A stretch of DNA of 64,000 bases from Octopus vulgaris. Its lineage: Eukaryota. The translations under genes were made by a program, and so were the position numbers. Shown here in pieces: positions 53,723-64,000 of this stretch (position 1 is the first letter of the stretch; every line of letters starts with the position of its first letter). The DNA lies in assembly GCA_951406725.2 (NCBI GenBank), contig OX597834.1:21576001-21640000 (forward strand), given 5' to 3'. Below the pieces are notes generated by a model. It was not told the origin of the DNA, did no database searches, and saw only the letters and a list, made by a program, of their open reading frames with translations.

Positions 53723-53930
53723 CTGTGTTTGTCCCCTCCCACCATCGCTTGACAACCGATGCTGGTGTGTTTATGTCCCCATCACTTAGCGGTTCGGCAA
53801 AGAGGCCGATAGAATAAGTACGGGGCTTACAAAAGAATAAGACCCGGGGTTGAGTTGCTCGATTAAAGGCGGTGCGCCAGCATGGCCGCAGTCAAATGAC
53901 TGAAACAAGTAAAAGAGTAAAAAGTAAAGA
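53514..53930 (+). mobile_element. SINE B, CpG-rich (young) full-length copy
   Basis: Retains CpGs lost in other copies, e.g. GGTTCCGGG and CTCGGGCCGACC. Confidence 0.9.
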
Positions 53931-54520
53931 GTATTAGATTTTTCATAAATTAAATTTCCCAAACAATTTGTTTGTCCCCCCACTTTCCACTTGACAATGG
54001 TTTTGATGTGTTTAAGTCCCTGCAACCTAGCAGTTTGGCAAACGACATTGATAGAATAAGTGCCATGTTTAAAAAAGACAAGTACTGGCATTGATTCATT
54101 CGTCTACAAATTCTTTAAGCTGGTGCCCCAGCATGGCCACAATCTAATAGCTAAAACAAATAAAAGATTGAAGATAAAAGATATATGTGGGAGTGAGTGT
54201 GTGTGTATATGCGTATCCATGTGTATGTGAGTGTGTGTGTTTGTATGTATATATATGTGTGTATGTGTGCTTGTGTATATATATGTATGTGTGTGTGTAT
54301 GTGTTGTTGTTGTTGGAGATATATTTTATTAACTAATCCTCTCAAAAATATTGATTATATTGAACAAAAACGAAAATTAATTGAACCGCACAGGCAGTCT
54401 GGTTATGAGAAACAGAGTCACGAAAGTGTTAAAACCATTCCCCCCCCCCCCCTCTTCTGGAAATGGCAACATCCCAAACACAATGGTCTTGCAGAGAATA
54501 GCAGCAGCTCAGAATGGAAC

Positions 54521-54522
<2 letters not shown>

Positions 54523-54583
<61 letters not shown>

Positions 54584-54659
54584 TCTCTTTCTCTCTCTCT
54601 CTCTTCTGTCTCTCCCTCTCTTTCTGTTTCTCCCTCTCTCTCTCTCTTTCTGTCTCTCC

Positions 54660-54696
<37 letters not shown>

Positions 54697-54760
54697 TCTC
54701 TTTCTCTCTCTCTCTTTCTCTCGCTCTCTTTCTCTCTCTCTCTTTCTCTCCCTCTCTCTC
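54523..54760. repeat. (CT)n microsatellite
   Basis: Directly visible. Confidence 0.95.
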
Positions 54761-55516
54761 TTGTGTCTGTAAGTGTACTACATATGTGTGTGTGTGTGTT
54801 ATTAATCATTATTAGTTTATATTACTGACTTAATATATTATGTACAAAGAACTTTCTCTTCCTTCTCCTCTTCTTCCTCCTCCTCCTTCTCCTCTCTTTG
54901 CAAACCTTGTGGCCCTTCTCTCTATCCTCTCACTATTATATACCCCCTTCTCCACTTCTCCGATTGAAGTTTCTGCCCTTCCCCTTGTCCTTTCTTCTGA
55001 TGTTGGGTCTGTCCTATATTTATTTAACCCAAGAAAACTGTTTTGCTATACATCATCATCAGAATCATCTTCACCCTTGTCCTCATTCAACATCTATCCC
55101 CCATGCTGGTCTAGTTTGGATGATTTGACAGGGGCTGGCGACACAAAAAACATCAACAAGCTCTAGGGCCCAAGCATTGGCCAGGTTTCTAAGGCTGGGT
55201 GTCCTTCCTAATGCCAACCACTTTGCAGGGTGTAATGGATGCTTTTTACATGGCACCAGCACCAGTGGGGTCATCAAGGAATTTGCAAGACCAAGATCCT
55301 TCAACTGAATAGGGAGTAGTACTAGGCGCAGTAGTGCAATAGAGAAGATATGTGGCTACCTCAGATGGAGAGAGAGAGAGATAAGATGGTGAAAATGTGA
55401 CAGGGTGTATGTGACCCAAGTTAAAAGGAAATGTATAGAGTGATGTTGACCAGGATTTGGATATATATATATATATATACATACATACGTATATGTATGT
55501 GTGTGTGTATATATAC

Positions 55517-55554
<38 letters not shown>

Positions 55555-57039
55555 ACCGTTGGCGATTTTTTCCTCTGTCTTCCCTTCTCTGGATCTTACC
55601 TTCTCCTATGTTTCCGACGAAGAGCTCCGCTTGAAATGTTAAACCCTCCTTCTTTCCTGACACCAATTCATCTTATAGTGAAAATAGCTGTAAGCTAATG
55701 AATTTCATAAGATAGCCATCCATCTCTTTTTTCATCTCTTTTTTCTTATTACCACTTTGTACTTGGCTAACACTTTAATCAAAAGCATACACATATTGAG
55801 TCCTTCACCAGGTTATTAGTCTTGCAAAGCCTACGCAAGATACATATACAGAAGCGTGAAATGAACACGAGGCCTGGTCCAGGAATCGAACCCACGGTCT
55901 AGAGATTGTTCGTGCAACACCCTAACCACTAGGCCACGTGCTTTCACATCTTCACTCGCAAACACACACGCACACACCTGTCATAAACAGCACAGCAGTG
56001 ATGTTATTGATGGTGGTGGTGGTGGTGGAGGTAGTGGTGGATGGTGGTGTCAGAAGTGGGCGGTGGGACAGAGTGGGAGTTGCAGGTAATTAGGTAAATA
56101 TGACCCAAGTAAAAATTATGTCTTTGATTAGGTTAAGTAGTTTGCTTTTGTTTTGGAAATCTAGAACTCTCAGAAATTAGCACCATTTTGCCTGCAGCCA
56201 GTTCGTTCATGCGGCGCTAGTTAATCCGATTGCACACTTTCTTAAGCACCTATGGAGATTAGACAGATGCTTGTGTGCATGTGTGTGTTTGTTTGTGTGT
56301 GTGTTTGTATGTGTGTTTGTGTGTGTGTGTGTGCCATTTTGTTGGCTGGCTGGCTGGCTGCCTGGTTGGTTGGTTGGCCTGATCAATCATGCAGAATTTC
56401 AACGCATGGTTAAACGCAAACAGTGAGTTGTGATTGACTTACATGGCTGTTGTTTGTTGTAGAGAATGGTAAAGAATAGTTACGGCTTCAACAGTTGCTA
56501 CAAGATTTACATTGGCTGTGGTGGCGGTGGTGGCGGTGGTGGCGGTGGTGGTAATGATAGTAGTAGTAGTAGTAGTAGCAGTTGTGGTAGTGATGGTAGG
56601 GGGTATCAGTTGCAATGGTAATGGTGTTAGTCATAGTGGCATTGGTAGTGGTGGTGGTGGTGGCGGTGGTGGTGGTGGTGGTGGTGATTTCTGATGGTAG
56701 TGATGGTGATGTCAGAGATTGTGGTTTATGCCGAGCTGGGGTGGAGGGTGGGATGGGGGGTAGTCAGACATAGAGATGGTGGTGATAGTGGTGGTGGTGC
56801 TGTTTGTGGTTGTGGTTGTGGTGGCAATGGTGATAATGAATGTGATGGTAGTAGTAGTAGTAGTAGTAGATAGTGGCATTGGTGGTGATGATGGTTGTGA
56901 TGATGATGATGATGGTAATGGTGTTAGTCTCACATGCAGTTTAGCATGTCACTAGGCCAGCCTTTCTGAAATCAGCTGGTAAGGCCATCCAGTGCTCTTC
57001 CTCCCTCCATCCCTCCCTCCATCCCTCCCTCTCTCTCTT

Positions 57040-57073
<34 letters not shown>

Positions 57074-57447
57074 ACTTTCTTCATTTCTATTTTCTAATTC
57101 TCATCAAATGTTGAAAGTTTTTGTCTTCCCATTTCATCTTCAGTGAATGCAGCCAGTTGCTTCCTCCTCTTCCTCCTCCTTTTCCTCTTCCTCCTCCTTC
57201 TCTCCACCTCCCCACCCTCCTTACCTTTCTCTTCTCTTCACTCTCCTCCTTCTCCTCCTCATCCTCCCCAACCTCCCCCTCTCCTCCTCCCTAACCGCCA
57301 CCTCCACTCCTCCTCTCCAACTCCCTCCTCCACTACCTCCTCACCTCCTCTTCCCTCTCGCCCTCTCCTTAATATTGTGAAAAAAACTCCTCTCCTAGTT
57401 CCTGCTCATCTGAAGCCTTCCATGTTTATAAATCCATATGAAGGGGC

Positions 57448-57563
57448 CAAAAAGATGCCCTACACAAGCTCGACATCACCTCTGAGGATGCCGAGGGGCT
57501 GGCATAGGATGGCCAGCAGTGGATGAGCACTGGTACACCTAGTAGGCTCTATGCATGATGATG
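57448..57563 (+). pseudogene. Probable RTE-clade LINE 3' end fragment
   Basis: QKDALHKLDITSEDAEGLA*DGQQW resembles the RTE C-terminal ..A.DR..WR motif; ends in GATGATG. Confidence 0.4.
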
Positions 57564-57625
57564 TCTCTGGGACCACGGACCTGGGATGACGGTGAAGGTG
57601 ATGGCAGTGGTGGTGGTGTTTGTGG

Positions 57626-57656
<31 letters not shown>

Positions 57657-58494
57657 ATTGGTAACTGTGGCAGTGGTGGTGGTGACGTTGAAGGTGATAG
57701 TAGAGGTAGTAGTATCAAGTCATATATGACTGGTAGTGACACTGATAGTGATGTTGAACATGGTGATGGTGGTTGTGTTGGTGGTGGTGTTAGAGTGGTG
57801 TTCATCATGGTAGTAGCAGTGTTAGCAGAAGTATTTGCTCTTGTTAGCATTAAGGATGGTGGTGGTGGTGGTGGTGGTGGTGGTTGTAGTAGTGGCATCA
57901 GTGGTGGTGGTGGCGCCGGTGGTGGTGGTGATAGCAGTGTAGTGATAGTGGTGGTGGTTGTAGTAGTGGCATCAGTGGTGGTGGTGGTGGTAGCAGCAAT
58001 AGTGATGGTGGCAACTGTGGGTGGTGGAGTTGTTGTTGTTGTTGGTGGTGGTGGTGGTGGTAGCATAAGTGGTTACAGAGATGGTAATCAGAAGCATGAA
58101 GGGAATAAAGGAATAAAAGGATTAAAGAAATATCTTATTCCCATCTATTCCAGTAGAGCTAAAATCAGGAAATCACTTTCAAGAATTTGGTAGAACTGTT
58201 GGCCATTTTTTACTCCCTTTTGTTTTTTTTTTTTTTGTCATATTTTTATATTTTTATTGAGTGGTGGGCAAGGAGGGAGATCATTTGAAGTTGTCTTTCT
58301 TGTATTTGCGTGAATGTTTGATGTTTGAAAATTGTTCTAAGTTTGGATTTCATCAGAAATCATAAAAAGAAAAATAACAACGATAAACAAAACACAAAAT
58401 ATCTATAAATCTAAAAAAAAAAAAACAAAGAATAAGATACTGTAACTTTTTAACCAAACTACTAATGGCTTGTTGGTCAGTTGGTTGGTTCATC

Positions 58495-58560
<66 letters not shown>

Positions 58561-58581
58561 CATTATTATTATTTATTATTA

Positions 58582-58624
<43 letters not shown>

Positions 58625-59094
58625 CATTATGTAAGGTGGTGGGCTGGCAGAAACGTTGGCATGCTGGGAAAAATATTCAGTGGCATTTCATCTGTCTGTA
58701 CGTTCTGAGTTCAAATTTTGCCAAGGTCAACTTTGCCTCTCGTCCTTGAGGGGTCAATAGAATAAGTACCATTTGAGCAGTGGGTGGGGGTCAATGTAAC
58801 CGACTTATCCCCATCCCTGAAATCACTAGCCTTGTGCCAAAATTTGAAATCACTCTTATCAAGGGGGCAATCTATTTGAACCATCAGAGAATTGGAAAAC
58901 AATGTCTTGCAGAATCACTTCTGACATTTTCCATTCTGAATTGAAATCCTACAAAGATCAGTTTTGTCATTCCATCCCTGCAGGGTCCAAGAAATAGGGT
59001 TCCAATCAAGGAAAGGGTGGGAGTGGGGTATTCTTATCAGGTTACCCTTTCCGTCTCAATTGCTGGCCTTGGGCCTAAATTGGAAGCAATTACC

Positions 59095-59610
59095 AATAAC
59101 GATGACGGCGATGATGATGATGGTGGTGGTGGTGGTGGTGGTGGTGGTGGTGGTGGTAGTGGTAGTGGATGTGACGATAATGGTAGTGAGGATGATGATG
59201 ACAATGGTGGTGATGATGATGATGATGATAAGAATAGCAATGGTGGTGGTGGTGGTGATGATGAGAATAGCAATGGTGGTGGTGGTGATGATAATGATGA
59301 TGAGAATAACAATGGTGGTGGTGGTGGTGATGATGATGATGAAAATGGTGGTAGTGGTGGTGATGATGATGATAGTGACAACAGTGGTGTTGGTGGTGGT
59401 AGTGAAGGTGATGATAATGATAAGAATAACAATGGTGGTGGTGGTGATGATGATTAATATGATGAAAATGGTGGTGGTAGTGGTGGTGATGATGATGACA
59501 ATGATGATGGTGGTGATGACAATGATAATGGTGGTGGAAGTTGTAGTGGGGATGATGATAATAGCGGTGAATGTGATGACGATGATGAAAATGATGATGA
59601 TGACGATGTC
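59095..59610. repeat. Cryptic (GGT)/(GAT) triplet repeat array
   Basis: Repeated AGAATA.CAATGGTGGTGGTGGTGATGATG blocks. Confidence 0.85.
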
Positions 59611-60940
59611 CACAGTAATGATGGCATTGGTGCTAATGTCCCAATGAAGCATCATTTTGTTTACTTTTTTCCCCAATGTTGAAACCTATTCCAGCCGGAA
59701 ATGCAAATCGCTCCTTGACTAAACTCATCCTCACGGGGCCACTTGCTCGGTCCCACCCCAGAGGTTTCAAGTCTCAAGTTGATTCCAGCTGAAGACATTC
59801 TAAGTCCTAAGTCTTCAGTCATTGAACTTCTTCCATCACTCTGACAACAACAGCAACAGCAACAAATAGACGGTAGCCTTCTCGATTACAATAATCATGA
59901 TGATGGTGATGATGATGCTGATAACGATAATGATGGGTGATGATGACAGCAATGATGACAAACCTAATAACAATGTCGCAAAATCTTTGATGATACGGTG
60001 ATGATGGAATGATAACAGATGATGGTTAGTGGTGGTGGTGGTGGGAGTAGAGGTGGGGGTGATGACGACAACACCACTGATGATGATGGTGATGGTGATG
60101 GTGATGATGGTGATGATGCAGATGGGAAGGAGGAGGAAGAGGAGGGGGGGCTGTAGCTATGGCACTGATGATGATGATGATGAGGAAGAGGAGGAGGAGG
60201 AGGAGGTTAGTGAGGCATATCAAGATGTTAACCATCAATGATCACATCAGACTACAACTGTCTATACCAATCACCGTTATCAATTTCAGCAATCTCGCTA
60301 ACAAACAACACCATCACCACCAGCATCACCATCAGCATCATCATCATCATCATTGTCATCATCAACATCATCATCGTCATCACCGTCGTCATTATTAATA
60401 TTATTGCTATTACCAATATTACAATAGTCAAAAAAAGGTAGCGAGCTGGTAGATTCTTTACCACAGCATTTCATCCATCTGTATGTATGTTTCCGAGTTC
60501 AAATCCTGTTGAGATCAACTTTGCTTTTCATCCTTTCAAGGTCAACAAAACAAGTACCAGTTGAGTACTGGGGGTCAATGCAATTGACTTGCTCCCCTTC
60601 CACCCGAAATTACTGGTCTTGTACTTAGAACAGAAAGATTGCCCTTGTGGCAAATAAAAGAAAATTATTGTGGTTATTCTTTCAGCTTCCAATCGATTGC
60701 ATCCATTTCCATTTCTCATTGAAACCAAACTCTCCAATAATTAACTATAATTAGTATAATTATTCCATATTATTCTGTCGCTCTGCATTTGCATTTTCAT
60801 GCGAGTGTGAGTTTTTTTTTTTTGTGGAACTGGTTTTTTTTCTACCGCTTCTACAAAGATGTCAACAACAACAGCTTGAAGTAACCAGAACCGTGTTATT
60901 ATGTCCACGTCACTGATATCAGACCTAAAATGAAAGTATG

Positions 60941-60991
<51 letters not shown>

Positions 60992-61024
60992 GTGTGTGTG
61001 TATGTATGTATGCATGTATATGTA

Positions 61025-61067
<43 letters not shown>

Positions 61068-61174
61068 GTATGTATATGTATGTATGTATATATATATATA
61101 TATATCCATATATGCATTTATATATGTATTTATATATGTATATATATATATATTTATGCATGTATATGTATGCG

Positions 61175-61205
<31 letters not shown>

Positions 61206-61609
61206 ATGTATATACATATATATATTTATATATATATATATATGTATATACACATACATATATATATATATATATATATGTATATGTGTATTTATGTATG
61301 AATGTATAATGTATATGTGTATATATATATGTATGTATTTATGTATGTATGTATATATATATATATATGTATATATATATACATGTATGTTTATGTATAG
61401 ACATACTCACATACATCTACGTATATATGCATATCTATATATTTATATGCATATGTCTGTATATATGCATGTATATATATATATCATACATATGCACACA
61501 CATATGTATATAGATATTAATATATAGATATGTGTCTGTATGTGTATATATTTATACAGATATATATATATATATATATGTGCATACATATATGTATTTA
61601 TGTATATAT

Positions 61610-61677
<68 letters not shown>

Positions 61678-61680
<3 letters not shown>

Positions 61681-61860
61681 AGAGTTTACGAAAAAAAACA
61701 AAAGACGAAAACAGGTGTTGTACAAAACAAACAGATGTATTAGTATAATGCTCAGGAATAGAAAAAGTCTTTTACGTTTCGAGCCTACGCTCTTCTATAG
61801 AAAGGGACACAGAAAAACACAAGGAGAGAAAAAAATGTGTGGAAGACCAAAAAATACAGG
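61678..61860 (-). mobile_element. Penelope-like 3' fragment with hammerhead-like motif abutting (TA)n
   Basis: Minus 61769-61804: CTTT-CTATAGAA-GAGC-GTAG-GCTC-GAAA-CG-TA-AAAG; homologous to 7180-7335. Confidence 0.6.
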
Positions 61861-61949
61861 AAAGTTTAGAAATATAAAAATAAAGTAATGACAATAATAG
61901 CAGCAGTTTTACGTAAAGTTCAAAGGTTTTTAGACATGGTGTATTGCAT

Positions 61950-62255
61950 ATATAAATATATCATCTAATATAGGATAAAATTTTCAAAAAATTTTGTCAG
62001 TGGCCAGCATATTAAAAAAATACCTTTTAAGGTAAAAATTATAAACAACTTATAAATAAGGGCAAAAGAAAAAAAATTTCTATGCCAAATATGCCAAGAA
62101 AAGACTTTAAGTCGTCAATAACCACATATAATTCATCACTACAAGCACATGTCTCGAAGTAAGCTGATGAATTATATGTGGTTATTGACGATTTAAACTC
62201 TATTGTCGGAATATTTGACATAGAAATTTTTTTCTTTTGCCCTTATTTATAAGTT
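61950..62255 (-). mobile_element. Fold-back plus tail element in TA-rich context
   Basis: Arms 62047-62138 and 62165-62255, 26-nt loop, tail about 61950-62046. Confidence 0.65.
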
Positions 62256-62297
62256 ATATATAAATATATGTATATATATATGGTAATTGTAGTTAAG

Positions 62298-62615
62298 ACA
62301 CCAGTGCTGGTGACACGTAAAAGCACCGTTCGAGTGTAGCAGTTACTAGCATCGCCTGACTGGCGTCCGTGTTGGTGACATGTAAAAGCACCAACCGATC
62401 GTGGCCGTTGCCAGCGTCCCTTGGCTCCTGTGCTGGTGGCACGTAAAAAACACCCACTACACTCACAGAGTGGTTGGCGTTAGGAAGGGCATCCAGCTGT
62501 AGAAACACTGCCAAATCAGACTGGAGTCTGGTGCAGCCTCCATGGTTTACCAGACCCCAGTCAAACCGTCCAACCCATGCTAGCATGGAAAACGGACGTT
62601 AAATGATGATGATGA
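62298..62615 (+). mobile_element. Family C retroposon
   Basis: GGCGTTAGGAAGGGCATCCAGCTGTAGAAAC...AAACGGACGTTAAAT(GAT)n. Confidence 0.88.
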
Positions 62616-63353
62616 TAATGATATATATATATATACACACATATTTACGAATTGGTGTCGAGAAATTTGTGTCTTTAGGTAAAAGAAAATACAGGAGGAT
62701 AAAAATCTCTCAGATTCACACACTTAATGCGGCAGTCCTTCAGTTTTTCTAAGCCCTGTAAAAGAACTCAGGCGTTTGGACCTCCAACTAGGTATTTTGC
62801 AAAACCGTTAGAGACAGGGACTTTTCAGTACTCCCTCATATATATGTATGTATGTATGGATAGATGGATGGATGGATTATTTTATAGGGCAGTGGATTCA
62901 GAGAATCATCGTCACAGTGTCAGGAAAAAGTGTTTTGCAGCATTTCTCCTGGCTTGTTCTGTTCTTAGTTCAAATTCTGCCAAGGTCATCTTTGCCTTTC
63001 ATCCTTTTGGAGTCAATAAAACACACCAGTCTAGCGCTGGGGTCGATGTAGTCAACTAGCGCACACCCTGTAAAATTTTTTATTGAAGTTCACAATGTAG
63101 CTCACATCAAAACAGCAAGTCTGTATCTTTGCACCAGGGGGCGGTCTCAGGCTGGTTAGCATCAAAAGGGTTACACCTCTTTCTCCTCACCCTGAGAAAA
63201 TTTCCCCCCACCCTTGCTTCTTTGCCACAATGTAAACAATATTTATATCATAAATATATTTTAACCTACTATTTGTCGTCATGCTCTTTGTCATACTTCT
63301 TAGAAATTTCAATTACACGCTTGTAATTATTGCTGTCTTTATTATTATTATTA

Positions 63354-63408
<55 letters not shown>

Positions 63409-63644
63409 TTTTTTTTTTTCTGAGGTTTGTGGTGGAATGTACACACACACACATTCTATGTACTCTATATGTGTGTGTATGTATGTATGTACACACTTGT
63501 ATACAAACACATACATATACCACACATATATATATACACACACACACACATACACGCATACACATACATATAGTGTCTGTGTGTATATATATATATGTAA
63601 ATACATTCATATATATATATATATACACATACATATATATCTAT

Positions 63645-63681
<37 letters not shown>

Positions 63682-63705
63682 TATATACACATACATGCAT
63701 ATGTA

Positions 63706-63754
<49 letters not shown>

Positions 63755-64000
63755 GGTATGTAGAAAACTTTCCATCTACGTATGTTAATTCAATTTTGTT
63801 ATCGTGTCATTATCCAAAAATATTTTTTTACAATAGCGCCTCTTCATCATTTTACCATTATTCAAAGAACTAATAGTCTAACAGCCTTCTTACAAACTCA
63901 AAACAATAATATCGTCTTTGTATGTGTGTATACATATATGTGCACACATAGATGTACATATGTATAAACGTGTATGTGCCCATGTGTGCGTGAGTTTGTT

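Noticed and set aside
59017-59457. Gly/Asp-rich 146-aa protein
   Set aside because: A (GGT)/(GAT) cryptic repeat beginning inside a decayed SINE end and open in multiple frames.
62164-62171. Canonical CTGATGA hammerhead core
   Set aside because: No GAAA or stem II at a suitable distance; the C arises at the loop/arm junction. The loop's minus-strand CGAGACATGT may be a remnant but is insufficient.
1224-63967. ORF-track proteins rich in YI, CV, HT, poly-I/D/H/V/L
   Set aside because: They are translations of di- and trinucleotide microsatellites, open on several frames and both strands.

Overview
AT-rich, repeat-saturated eukaryotic DNA, intronic or intergenic. The mix of (TA)n/(CA)n/(ATT)n/(CAT)n microsatellites and the SINE families points to an octopus (coleoid cephalopod) genome; this is recognition from memory, not a database match. 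Almost every ORF in the track is a microsatellite artefact. Supported content: dozens of copies of four SINE-like families, two decayed R4/Dong-clade non-LTR 3' fragments in (TAA)n, a probable RTE 3' fragment, a complete non-autonomous Helitron, a Tc1/pogo-type MITE, several minisatellites and possibly a few small + strand exons. The most interesting signal is a set of short non-coding insertions in (TA)n tracts. Five are long fold-back hairpins with a one-sided tail, the architecture of truncated Penelope-like elements. Five loci carry hammerhead-ribozyme-like folds whose cores repeatedly deviate from CUGANGA (CCGANGA or CUGUNGAA). One further element is a near-identical partial tandem of an 879-bp non-coding unit. 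Repeat boundaries were read by eye and are approximate.
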